In this document: positions 41,270-51,602 of the stretch, in pieces | How the letters are laid out: every line of letters begins with the position of its first letter | How positions within the stretch are numbered: the first letter of the stretch is position 1 | Program-made: the position numbers and the translations under genes | Assembly: GCA_963813715.1 (NCBI GenBank) | Contig: CAWFAK010000005.1 | Coordinates: forward strand, 672,001 to 736,000 | DNA length: 64,000 bases | DNA from: an uncultured Planctomycetaceae bacterium | GTDB lineage: Bacteria; Planctomycetota; Planctomycetia; Planctomycetales; Planctomycetaceae | Direction: 5' to 3' | Notes under the pieces: model-generated | Told to the model about the DNA's origin: nothing | The model's input: the letters and a program-made list of their open reading frames with translations, nothing else | Databases searched by the model: none

Positions 41270-42116
41270 ATGGCCGCGACCGACCTCAACCACGAAGAAT
41301 CGGCTCCCTCGGCCAGCGAGGCCTTTTCGCCCGCCGAAGTCGCCCAGTTCGAGCGCGACGGTTACTTCATCGCGCGGCGGATGGTGAGCGACACGCTGCT
41401 CGCCCGGATGCTCGAAGTCACCCGCGACGGTCTCGCACCGCGAGGTGCCCCCGGTCGAGTACGAGGCCGACCTGCATTACCCCGGTGCCCCTCCCTCGCT
41501 CGAAGCGGCCGGCGGCCACACGATCCGGCGCCTTAAGCAGGCGCTGTCGCGCGACTTTTGCTTCGTCGAATGGGCGGCTTCGGCCCCGCTCGTCAATCGG
41601 CTGCGGCAGCTGTTGGGGCCGAGCGTGGTGATGCCGCTGGCCCATCACAACTGCATCATGACCAAGGAGCCGCGACACTCGAGCGACACGGGCTGGCACC
41701 AGGACATCCGCTACTGGTCGTACGAGCGGCCGGAACTTGTCAGCGTGTGGCTGGCCCTGACGCCGGAGACGACCCAGAACGGCTGCCTGCGGCTGATTCC
41801 CGGGTCGCACCGCTTGCATCTCGATCGCGACCGCTTCGATCGCGAGATCTTTTTGCGTCTCGATCTGCCCGAGAATCAACAGTTGATCGAAAAAGCGGTC
41901 TGGGCGGAGCTGGAGCCGGGCGACGTGCTGTTCTTTCATGCCCGCACGTTTCACGCGGCGAGCCGCAACCACACCGACCGCGCGAAGTTCTCGGTGGTCT
42001 TCACGTTCCGCGGAGCCGACAGCCCACCGAAGCCGGGCTCGCGATCAGCTGCGTTGCCGGAATTGATCTTGCCTGCGCCGAATAGTCCCGGCGCCGAATT
42101 AGACGAGTCGAATTAG
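41270..42116 (+). CDS. Phytanoyl-CoA dioxygenase family Fe(II)/2OG oxygenase (frameshift near 41435)
   Basis: QFERDGY, WHQD, SVWLAL, NGCLRLIPGSH, PGDVLFFH..TFH. Confidence 0.9.
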
Positions 42117-42124
42117 ACGTCGTC

Positions 42125-44605
42125 TCAGTGTTTGCCGGCGACTGCCAGCGGTTCTGCGGCGGCGGTAGTCGTGTGGGCCCCCAACAGCGGTCCCAGAGGG
42201 CCGAAGAAGCCTTTGTTCAGCAGAATCAAGTAGGCGGGGACGAGGATCGGTCGCACGACGAACGTATCCAACAGCACGCCGAACGCCAGGGCGAAGCCGA
42301 GCTGGGCCAGTCCCCAGAGGGTGCCGAACATCAGCGAGCTGAACGTGCCCGCCATGATGATGCCGCAGCTCGAGATGATTCCACCCGTTTTGTGCAGGCC
42401 GGTGATGATGCCCGCGACGGCACCGTGGGCCTTCTGCTCTTCTTCGATGCGGGCCATGAGCAGAATGTTGTAGTCTTCGCCGACCGCCACCAGGATCGTG
42501 AACAGGAACATCGGCACCTTCCAATCGAGGCCGTTGAACCCGTGCGGATCGATGAGATAGAAGACCGTGAACGTGACGCCCAGCGTCACCAGGTAACTGA
42601 AGAGGACGGTCACAATCAGATAGGCCGACGTGGCGATCTTCCGGAGCAGGACCACGAGAATCAAAAACACGACGGCGGGGACCAGAACAATCATCCGCCA
42701 CTGGTCGCCGTTGGTGACGGTCTTGAGATCGCGGAGGCTGGGCGTGCCTCCCAGGTAATCGAGCTTGGTGTTTTCGGTGTCGAGCAGGGGAGGGAGCAGG
42801 TCGTCGCTCTTGCCGCGGCTGGCCAAAGTCGCTTTGAGATGATCGAAGCCGGACATGCTTTGCGGCGCGAACGGATCGTAGGCCAGCACGACGTCGACCC
42901 GGGCGACCTGGCCCGTGTAACCGTCCTTATCGCTCACGTAGCGGGATTGAGCGCGCTTCATCAGCGCGCGATGCTGGAAGCGGTTGGTTTGCACGCGCTC
43001 CCCCATCCCGAGCGGAAAGGCGACCGAGCGGACGTCGTCGATCCCCAGCTTGTCTTTGTTGGCAAGCAGCGTTTCCGAAAAAGTCTGGATCTGCTGCCAC
43101 CCGGGCTTCTTGTCGTTTTCCTCCGAATCGGTGCGGAAGTCGGCATCGCGATTATTGACCAGAATCGTGATCGGACCGGTGATTCCGGGCGGAAAGTGAG
43201 CCTGCACGTCGGCCGCCCCCACCACGCAGGCGTCGGTCTTCGGCAGCTCGGACAGCAGCCCGTAGCTCAGCTTGTCCTGGCAGAGGACGGCGATGACGGC
43301 GAACGGGGTCATCAACAGCACGGCGGTGACGAAGATCGTCCCCGGCCGCTTGAGCAGCGCCTCGCCAATGTTCCCCCAGAAGTTGCCGAACCAGTCTTTT
43401 TGCAGGAGCCGCGACACCATGCTGGTGGGCGACACCCAGCCTTGCGCGGCCGACAGACGCGCGGTCTGCACGCTCGGCCAAAATGCCCAGCGGCCGACGA
43501 GCATCAAGAGGGCCGGCGTCATCGTGAGCGATGCGGCCAGCACGAAGATCAAGCTCGACGACATGGCGATGCCGGCGTCCTGAAACTTCCCGAAACGACA
43601 GAAGATCATCATGCCGATGCCGAGCATCACCGTGCCTGCGCTGGCCGCCAGCGCGTGCCCGACCTTGCTCACCGAAGTCGCGATGGCCTCCTCGAAGGTA
43701 GCGCCGTTGTCGAGTTCTTCCTTGTAGCGGGCCATCAGGAACATGCAGTAGTCGATGCCCGCCCCGTAGAGCACGACGGTGACATACACTTCGATTCCGG
43801 CAAACAGCGTGACGTATCCCTTGCCGGCCAGAATGCAGAGGAGGTGCATCGCGATCTCGACCGACACAAACACCGTGAGCAGCGGGATCACCGCCAGGAT
43901 CGGCGCGCGATAGATGGCCAACAGCAGGATGATGACCAACACGACCGTCGCCATCTGGGTCGCCTCGGCACTCTTTTGGGCGGCGTGCCGCATGTCGCGG
44001 CCGACCGTGGCCAATCCGCTGAGCGAGAGTTCCAGTCCGCGCGGGAAACCTTTTTCCTGCTGCAACTGGCCCGGCTGTCCGGGCCGACCGATCGTTTGTT
44101 CGATCTTGTTGATCAGCGGATCGTTTTTGCGCTCGGTGAACTCGGTCTTCAGCTCCATGATCACCAGCGTCGCCTTCTGATCGTCGCTGATCAAAAGCGG
44201 GCCGATGTCTTTGTCGGAGAACGTGCGGATATCGGCGACGATGGAATCGCTGTCGCGTGCGTTTTTGGAAGAGTCCGGCATTCCGGCAAGCTGCGCAAGT
44301 TTGGGCACAAGCTTGTCGTCGATGAACGACTTGTCATCGTCCGTGAGGCCTTCGGCAGAATTCTCGCGATGCGCCACGACGACGATGCTGCTCTTGAGCA
44401 AGTCGCTCTCGAAGGCGCTCTTGAAGAGCTTCTCCGCTTGAACGCTCGGCAGTTCCCGCGGCAGAAACTGGAAATCGCCGTCCTGGAGAACGCTTTTGAG
44501 AGGGGGCGCGATGATCCACAAGCCCGCCAGCGCGAGAATCCAGCCCACCAGCAGCGGACGCCAATGGCGCGAGACGAATCGGCCCAGGCTGTCGAAAAAA
44601 ATCAT
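42125..44605 (-). CDS. MMPL/RND family transporter
   Basis: GAGIDYCMFLMARYKEE, AVGEDYNILL, GGIISSCGIIMAGTF, LDTFVVRPILVPA. Confidence 0.93.
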   Translation of the reverse strand: MIFFDSLGRFVSRHWRPLLVGWILALAGLWIIAPPLKSVLQDGDFQFLPRELPSVQAEKLFKSAFESDLLKSSIVVVAHRENSAEGLTDDDKSFIDDKLVPKLAQLAGMPDSSKNARDSDSIVADIRTFSDKDIGPLLISDDQKATLVIMELKTEFTERKNDPLINKIEQTIGRPGQPGQLQQEKGFPRGLELSLSGLATVGRDMRHAAQKSAEATQMATVVLVIILLLAIYRAPILAVIPLLTVFVSVEIAMHLLCILAGKGYVTLFAGIEVYVTVVLYGAGIDYCMFLMARYKEELDNGATFEEAIATSVSKVGHALAASAGTVMLGIGMMIFCRFGKFQDAGIAMSSSLIFVLAASLTMTPALLMLVGRWAFWPSVQTARLSAAQGWVSPTSMVSRLLQKDWFGNFWGNIGEALLKRPGTIFVTAVLLMTPFAVIAVLCQDKLSYGLLSELPKTDACVVGAADVQAHFPPGITGPITILVNNRDADFRTDSEENDKKPGWQQIQTFSETLLANKDKLGIDDVRSVAFPLGMGERVQTNRFQHRALMKRAQSRYVSDKDGYTGQVARVDVVLAYDPFAPQSMSGFDHLKATLASRGKSDDLLPPLLDTENTKLDYLGGTPSLRDLKTVTNGDQWRMIVLVPAVVFLILVVLLRKIATSAYLIVTVLFSYLVTLGVTFTVFYLIDPHGFNGLDWKVPMFLFTILVAVGEDYNILLMARIEEEQKAHGAVAGIITGLHKTGGIISSCGIIMAGTFSSLMFGTLWGLAQLGFALAFGVLLDTFVVRPILVPAYLILLNKGFFGPLGPLLGAHTTTAAAEPLAVAGKH

Positions 44606-44969
44606 CGCTTGCCGTTTTTCCGCAGGAACGCCGGCGTGAGGAAAGAGCGCGGCCCAACACGTTGCCCAATTTCCCCGCGCCCCGCGGGCGCTCTCGCACA
44701 CGACTCACCGGTGTTTCTCGATGCGAACGTGCGTTTGCAAATCGCAGGCCGCCGAGTGGCGAAAAAGCCGATGTGAAACGTCCTCTCGGCTTGCAAACCG
44801 GTTTTGGGCAGCGGCCAAACTGAAACGACAGCACAAACGTGGAGGTCGCCCGGCGAATTGTGCAATCCTTGCGTTCCACCGCCACGGTCCAGGCTGGTCG
44901 CAACACTAGGCTAATGACGCCGTTAGAGATCGTCAAGAAATGCGAACAGGCGGGAGACGACTCGCGCCG

Positions 44970-45977
44970 TCAAGGCGCGAGCGCGTGTTGGACGGCCGTC
45001 CGCATCTTTTGCAGGCCAGTCCTCGCGACGAGATGGGCGTCCTGCCGCCAGTAATCGCGGTTGAAGACTTCGAGCGAGAGGAAGCCGTTGAAACCGTTTT
45101 CGTGCAGCGTGCGGAGCATCAGACCCAGCGGCGCCACGCCGTCGCCGGGGAAGACCCGATCCCCGTCGGAGATCTCCGACCGCGGGGGCCGAGCCGGGTA
45201 GTCGTTCATGTGCACGACCGGCAGCACGCGGCCGCTCAAAAACCGCAGGTCGTGGAAATCGGAGCCCCCTTTGTAGATGTGGAACACGTCCAGGAGCAGG
45301 CAGGCCTGCGGATGGCCGCTTTGGATGGCGATCATCGCGGCTTCGCTCACGTGAGAGAAGACCTTGGAGAACCCCCACAGTTCCAGCTCGGGCACGATGC
45401 CGAGCGACACGCCCAATTCGACGAGCGTCCGATAGCGCTCGGCGGCGGCCGACAGGCTGATCCGCTCATTGTCGCGAGTGCCGGCCGGCGGCGCGGCGAT
45501 CCGCGTGGCTCCGATGCGTCGGGCCAGATCCATTTCCCGCTTGGCCTGCTCCAGACCGCGGGCCCGCTGGTTGGCATCCTCGACGATCCAGGGGAAGAAG
45601 GCGATCGCGCTGGGGACTTCCAATCCGCGATCGCGAAGCTGCCGCGCCAGCTCTTCGGGCGATCGGCCTTTGTCCGCGGACTCCTTCACGTCGCTCACCC
45701 AGGGTTCGATCGCCTGGTAGCCGGCGTCGGCCGCGACCTCGATTTGCTGCGGCAACGACAGTTTTTGTCCGCGGATGGTGGCCACGTTCAGGCAATAGCG
45801 AAAGCCGTGGTCGCCGGCGGCCGCGCCGGCTGGACCGCCGGGCCTTCGTTGCGGTTGGGCCGCCCAGAGCGCGTGCCCGCCGGAGGCGGCAGCCGCCGTC
45901 GCGCCGGCGCTCAGCGTGAGCCAACGACGGCGGGTGAGCGCCGCATTGTCGGAGGACGAAGAGGACACCGGTGACAT
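44970..45977 (-). CDS. Tat-exported sugar phosphate isomerase/epimerase
   Basis: TRRRWL signal, YCLNVATIRG, ELWGFS, DVFH, HMND, DRVFPGDG, LSLEVFN. Confidence 0.9.
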   Translation of the reverse strand: MSPVSSSSSDNAALTRRRWLTLSAGATAAAASGGHALWAAQPQRRPGGPAGAAAGDHGFRYCLNVATIRGQKLSLPQQIEVAADAGYQAIEPWVSDVKESADKGRSPEELARQLRDRGLEVPSAIAFFPWIVEDANQRARGLEQAKREMDLARRIGATRIAAPPAGTRDNERISLSAAAERYRTLVELGVSLGIVPELELWGFSKVFSHVSEAAMIAIQSGHPQACLLLDVFHIYKGGSDFHDLRFLSGRVLPVVHMNDYPARPPRSEISDGDRVFPGDGVAPLGLMLRTLHENGFNGFLSLEVFNRDYWRQDAHLVARTGLQKMRTAVQHALAP

Positions 45978-46172
45978 CGAAACTCCAGAACGAAACTCGC
46001 GCGGCTCGACACGGGCCGCGGCGTTGGCGCGCAGCTCCCCGACCATTCCGGCCATCTTCCCAGGAGGTTGGAGCGTTTCCAACCGACTTCGCCAATCGAA
46101 GGATCGATAGGTCAGTCAGGGTTAGAGGAATTCCCGTCGACCACAAGAGCGGGCCGGCGTTAGAATGGCGGG

Positions 46173-46412
46173 ATGAGACGCGGAGGCGGGAAAACGCTTT
46201 GGAAGGGCCTAGTCACCCGGGTGGCGATCCTCGCGCTCGTGGTGTTCGTGTTGCAGGTTTTGAAGATGCTGGCCGGGCCGCCGAATGTGCGCGTCCAGCC
46301 GCGCAAGCCGGCCGTCCAACCGCAGAATGCTCCGGCTCCGATGCGGCCCGGTTTCGACCGCGACCTGACTAAGACCGGGTCGGCGACACCGACGGGCTTG
46401 CCGCGGACGTAG
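46173..46412 (+). CDS. Small single-TM hypothetical protein
   Basis: Basic N-terminus, VAILALVVFVL hydrophobic segment; end overlaps the convergent gene. Confidence 0.4.
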   Translation: MRRGGGKTLWKGLVTRVAILALVVFVLQVLKMLAGPPNVRVQPRKPAVQPQNAPAPMRPGFDRDLTKTGSATPTGLPRT

Positions 46413-48248
46413 ACGACGGGACGTCCGATTTCGCTGCGGAACCGCCGGCTGAGGCGGTGCGAGTCGACTCTTTATGTGACGCCGCTTCCGGCTGTCCCAA
46501 TTTGTGGCGGAGCACTTCGATCCCCGCGGCCTTGAACTGCAGCTGGGCGCCAGCCGACACGCGGCCCAGCGTGGCCAGTTTTGTCGGCACCGCCGTGAAC
46601 GAGCTGCGGTAGGCGGCGATCATCTGCACCGTGCGCGGCGTATCGACCAGGTAATCGGCGGCCGTAATGATGATCTGCGATCCGTCGTCGAGCGTCAGCA
46701 CGGGGACGCCGATGAAGATGGCCCGCACCAACGGCTGCGTGTGGCGAAGGTCGACGATCAGCTGCAGCTCGCGAATCGAGGCCAGGGCTTCGCACTCGTT
46801 GTGCGTGTCGGCCGCGCCGTCGACCAGCGAGGCCAGGTTCTCGATGCCGATCAACATCTTCAGGTAGTAGACGAAGGCCATCCGTTGCGTCGTCGTGTAG
46901 CTCTGCGAGGCGAAGAACCGCGTGCGGCTGGCTTCGGGAACGCCCAGGTCGATCAGGTCCCGGTCGAGGTCAGCCTGGATTTCGAGCGTCGAGCGGTGCT
47001 CCATCATCTTCTTGAATTCGGTGTTGGCCGGCAGAAAGCCGAGGCCGGGCAGCCCGAAGTTGAGACCGACTTCCACGGTCAGCCAGCCGCCGCCGGCGTT
47101 GATCGACATTTCGTCGAGCAGGCAGCTGAGGGGCTCGTTGCGCGTTTCCGGATCGCAGCCCACCAGGCACGCCAGCCGTCGCCGCGGTTCGCAGTTCGCT
47201 TTGCAGCCGCCGGGCATCTTTTTGGCGAGGGCCCAACGCTTGAGCGCCTGGGCCGTCCGCTTGACCGAGCCGATCGGGTCGGTGGCGAAGATGTAGGCTC
47301 CCTGCGGTGTGTGGCAGATCGCCTCGGCGAATCCCTCCGAGAACATCGGATTCTTGTCGGCGATGCGTGACGCGTATTCGAGTGCGCACAACTCGCGGAG
47401 GCGGACGTCGAGCATGGCCATGCCGTGGGCGGGAATCGTCCCCCAGGGCGTTTCGATCTCGAAGCGAAAGTTGTAATCGACGAGCGGCGTGTATTCGGCA
47501 AGGCGGTAGTACTTGCCGCGGAGCAGATCCGGACGCACGATGTCGCGCGTGCGATACACGAGCGACGCCGGAATCGGCTTCAGGGCTTCGTCGGCGACCT
47601 TCGCGTCTTTCCCGGGCTCTGGGCTCTTCTCTTTTTCGTCCGACATCCGCAAGCGTGGCGGACCGGGGTTCGGCGGCGGCCCGGAGCCATCGGGGACGGG
47701 CGTGGGCGAATCGGGCAGCGGAGTGCCGTCCGGGTTGAGCACGGGAGAATCGGGGAACGCTGATCCGCCCGGCCCAGGACCGAAACCCGGACCAGCACCG
47801 GGGAATGGCATTGCTGGTGCCGTCGGATTGGTGCTGGTCGGATTGCCACTGGGTGGCGATCCCGGGACTTGAGGCACCGGCAGCAGCGGAATCACTGGGG
47901 GCGCGGACGAGTTCGTTGGTGCCGCGGGGAATGGTGTCGTCGGCACGGGGGTCATCGGCAACGGCGGAGTGGAAATCATCCGCATCGACGGGCCGCCCGG
48001 CGCCGGTGGGCCGAGTTGGGGGCTGTCAGTCGGGCGTCAGTCTGTGGGACGCCGGGGAGCGGTGGCAGCGCCGCGGGAACGCTGAGCACAGGACCGGCGG
48101 GTGCTGGCAGTGCCGACGCAGGGGCGGGAGGCGGACCGAGGATCGGTTCTTCGTCTGCCGAAAGCGTCGCAGCCGAGAGCGCAACGGCACTCAACACCGT
48201 CGTCCAGAGCGGCTTGGAGAGCGCAGCCCGCAGCGTCCCGCGTGTCAT
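46369..48248 (-). CDS. Secreted Pro-rich hypothetical protein (frameshift near 48000)
   Basis: Signal peptide MTRGTLRAALSKPLWTTVLSAVALSAATLSA, ~190-aa Pro-rich linker, globular C-terminal domain. Confidence 0.72.
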
Positions 48249-48510
48249 TCGCAGCGAATCCTTTCGCTTGCCGTCCGTGCGTTTCGGCACGTCGTCGATC
48301 GGATCGATGGCTCACGCCGATAACCTCTCGACGACGGACTGGCTCTATCGGTATCGGTCGTAAGAATTCGCGGAATGCGAGTGGTTGCGGTTGGACGGCG
48401 GGTCGCACGCGCGCGGCGCCAGCCCGTTTCCGTCTGGGCAAGGTCGGCGGGAGCTAAGGCCGGGCGCGGCCGGAATTCGCACGCGGGGAGCGCGTGAAGC
48501 TGGGAGGGGT

Positions 48511-49555
48511 TTACTTCCAGTAAACCTGCACGACCCAAACAATGACGAAGATTGGGACGAAAAAGCTCAAGAGAAACTGGTCGAAGGGGAAGCTGTTGAA
48601 GATCGAGCTGCCCGACCCCCAGGGAATGAGCCGCCCCTTGAGGATGAACTGATCGATCATCACCGAGCCGACGGCGCCCCAGCACATGATGATGTAGCCC
48701 ATCTGCGTCCGCTCGTGCTGTTCTTCGGGTGACAGCTTATCGAAGCGGACCCGCCTTTTCTGCCCCTTGGTCCGCGCCTGGGATGCCGATCGCTTTTTGC
48801 TCACTTCTTCCGCCGCCGACTCGTCCCGCGCCGGGGGCGTAGTACTTGGCGATGCCCTGGTTGATGGCCAGGGGCGTGGCGATCACGGGTCGCATCGGCA
48901 CATCGAACCGCAGGCGGATCTCGTCTTCCAGCTCTTGGTCGGGCTCGTTGACGCAGGCGACCAGCAGCGTTTCATCGTCGAGGAAAAGCGGCAGAATCGA
49001 GTGCCGCTTGACCGTGGCGCGGGGCACTTTGTCGAGCACCGAGTCGTCCGGAGTGACGTCGGCCAGATCGATATAAGAGCGGCCGAGTTCTTCCGCCAGC
49101 GCCTGGGCGGCCGTGTTCGCGTCGGTGAGCTTCATCTGCACGACTGCGTCACGCAAGGTCAGGCCGCGGGCCTCGGCGAATTCTTCGGCTTGCTTGACCT
49201 GCACGTCCGTCAGCACGCCGCGATCTTCCAAGATACGGCCCAGCGTCCGCGGACCGGAGGAGCCCCCTTCGTCTTTGAAGACTCGCCCGAGACTTTCGTC
49301 GTACTCGCGCTTGGCGGCCGGATCGGTGAGGCAGAGCATGGCCTTGGCCAGCTCGTTGAGCAGCTCTTGCGAGCGGACCGAGTACTGTCCCGAGGCGTAT
49401 TTCCGAACGTGCCCGTTGAGCTTTTTGTAGTTGCCGCGGATCTTGTCAGTGCTGTCTTCGAACTTAACGAGCCGCAGCAACTCGTAATGGTTGGGGGGCC
49501 GCGGTCCGTCGGGGATCCCCAGCCATTCCTTATAGACGTCGAGAGTCGTCGTCAT
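48511..49555 (-). CDS. J-domain-like plus MshEN/T2SSE_N membrane protein (frameshift near 48830)
   Basis: NHYELL...LNELAKAMLCLTDPAAKREYD; TLGRILEDRGVLT, ALAEELGRSYIDL, HSILPL; two C-terminal TM segments in ORF 48511-48804. Confidence 0.8.
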
Positions 49556-49615
49556 AGGTGAGCCCACGCAGCGTTGGCCACGGGCGAAACTGCGGCGAGG
49601 GATCCATCCTTGGGG

Positions 49616-51193
49616 CTATTCGACGTGATAGTCTCGCGCGATCGCTTGGAACGAATCCACACCTTTGGCGTCCAATCCCTGGCTGCGGATGATCTCGATG
49701 TTGGCGGCTTTCTTTCCGGTCAGGTCGACCGCCGTGCACTGGATGCGGCCGCTGTTGTCGTAGCTGTAGGTCACGTCGACCGGTGAGCCGGCCGGCAGCC
49801 CCGCAGGCAGGCCGACGATCTGAAACTCGGCAATCTGCGTGCAGGCTTCCGGATCGGCGACTTCGCCCTCGAGCACGTAGACGTGCACGCGCTGCTGGTT
49901 AGGCGTCGTGGTGACGAACCGTTGCGTCGCCTCGTAGGGGATGGCCGTATTCCGCGGAATCATAATGTGATTGCTCTTGCGGCTCGGATTCATCGGGTCG
50001 GTGATCTTGACCCCCAGCGAGTGCGAATTGACGTCCGTCGTGTTGACCGAACGCAGCCGGTCGACCACGGCCTTGCCCAGTCGGCCGCGGCCGCCCGTTT
50101 CCTTCGCTTCGAGGATGGCGGCGTGAATGGCAGCCCCCTGGGCGACGGCTTCCTCGGGGATCAGGTCCCGCGAGGGCGAACGCTTGCACACTTCTTTGAG
50201 CATTTGCTCGACGACGGGCATGTAGGTCGAGCCGCCCGCCATGATCACGTCGTCCAGCTCGCGCGGGTCGACCTTCGCCTGTTGCAGCACGAGTTCGCTC
50301 GTGTCCTTGGTCCGCTGCAGGAGGTCGGCCGTCATCCGCTCGAAGTCGCTGCGGGTCATGGAGACGGTGAGGGTCTTGCCTTTGTAATACAGGCTGATCG
50401 GCACCTGAGACCGCTGGCTCAGCTGCCGCTTGGCGTCTTCGCACTCCTGGATGAAGGACCGCAGGGTCTCGGGGTTTTCGCGGGGATCCTCAGCGAACTT
50501 GCGTTTGAACTGCTCGCAGACGTGGTCGACGATCCGCTGCGTCCAGTCCAAACCGCCCAGCATGACGTCGCCGTCGGTGGCCAGCACGCGGAAGTTCGTG
50601 GGCGTATAGCGGACGACCGTCACGTCGAACGTGCCGCCCCCCAGGTCATACACCAGGATGGTCTTTTCCTTGGCTTTGAGGTCGCCGCGCCCGAGTTCTC
50701 CCTTGGTCCAGGCGTAAGCAAGGGTAGCGGCCGTCGGCTCATTCAGGATGTCGACGACGTTCAGACCGGCGATCTGGCCGGCATCCTGCGTCGCCTTTCG
50801 GCGAATATCGTTGAAGTAATACGGGACGGTGATCACGGCGTTGGCGATCGCTCCAATCCGCTTTTCGCAGTCCTGCTTGAGCTTCTTCATGATCAAAGCG
50901 GAGATAAATTCGGGCGTCAGCCGCTTGTTCTGGTAGACGATGTAAAAGTCCTTGTTCCCCATCTGCCGCTTGATGGCCTCGACGATGTGGGACGGATCTT
51001 CGATCGAAATTCGTTCAAACGAAGGGCCGACAAGCACATGGCCGTCCTCTCCCAGGAGCACCACCGAGGGCGTAATTGGCTTGTCGTCCGCGTTGTGGAT
51101 CGTCACCGGCTGGCCCTCGACATTGACTTGGGCCAGTGCCGAATACGTGGTCCCCAGGTCGATGCCGATCGTGTTGCCTTCGAGGAACGCCAT
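49616..51193 (-). CDS. Hsp70 family protein lacking the helical lid
   Basis: GIDLGTTYS, VITVPYYF, NEPTAA, VYDLGGGTFDV, LGGLDW, AGGSTYMP, AVAQGAA; 525 aa. Confidence 0.93.
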   Translation of the reverse strand: MAFLEGNTIGIDLGTTYSALAQVNVEGQPVTIHNADDKPITPSVVLLGEDGHVLVGPSFERISIEDPSHIVEAIKRQMGNKDFYIVYQNKRLTPEFISALIMKKLKQDCEKRIGAIANAVITVPYYFNDIRRKATQDAGQIAGLNVVDILNEPTAATLAYAWTKGELGRGDLKAKEKTILVYDLGGGTFDVTVVRYTPTNFRVLATDGDVMLGGLDWTQRIVDHVCEQFKRKFAEDPRENPETLRSFIQECEDAKRQLSQRSQVPISLYYKGKTLTVSMTRSDFERMTADLLQRTKDTSELVLQQAKVDPRELDDVIMAGGSTYMPVVEQMLKEVCKRSPSRDLIPEEAVAQGAAIHAAILEAKETGGRGRLGKAVVDRLRSVNTTDVNSHSLGVKITDPMNPSRKSNHIMIPRNTAIPYEATQRFVTTTPNQQRVHVYVLEGEVADPEACTQIAEFQIVGLPAGLPAGSPVDVTYSYDNSGRIQCTAVDLTGKKAANIEIIRSQGLDAKGVDSFQAIARDYHVE

Positions 51194-51602
51194 GATTGAT
51201 TGTGCTTTCAAGAGGGAAGCGACGGGAATATGTCTGATTCTGACAGTGGCCTAGAGTGGAATCAAGCGCCTGATCAGGGCGGAGGCCGAACCCCGCGGCG
51301 TACGTTAACTGCGGCCGAAATTGGCTGCGAACGGCCAATCCGCGAGGCGTTTCTCGTGTCGCGAACCTCCGCGAACGTCTGGCCGTCGAGTTCGCGCCGT
51401 GCGGCCGTCACCGATCGAGTGGTCGCTCCACCAAGGTGTACTTTCCGCTCGGACGAGCGCTATAATGAATGTCCCACCACTGTAGCGCCGCCGCGCCGGA
51501 GTTGGAACGGACGTTCAGGTTGCGCGGTCCCGCCACGCTGCAAATTACTGCTCAAGTGCTTTTCGACGTTTGCGCTTCAGCGCTGGTGATGAGACTTCCG
51601 CG

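Noticed and set aside
42128..44776. 882-aa plus-strand ORF and similar long antisense ORFs (19333-20940, 37552-39258, 54006-55607)
   Set aside because: Mirror frames of well-supported genes, expected at high GC3
49616..51193. Calling the Hsp70 dnaK, or its neighbour gspE
   Set aside because: Hsp70 lacks the lid and grpE/dnaJ context; the neighbour has no Walker A/B ATPase domain
51437..51466. Promoter for resB-ccsA at TATAAT 51461
   Set aside because: Perfect -10 but no convincing -35; left uncalled
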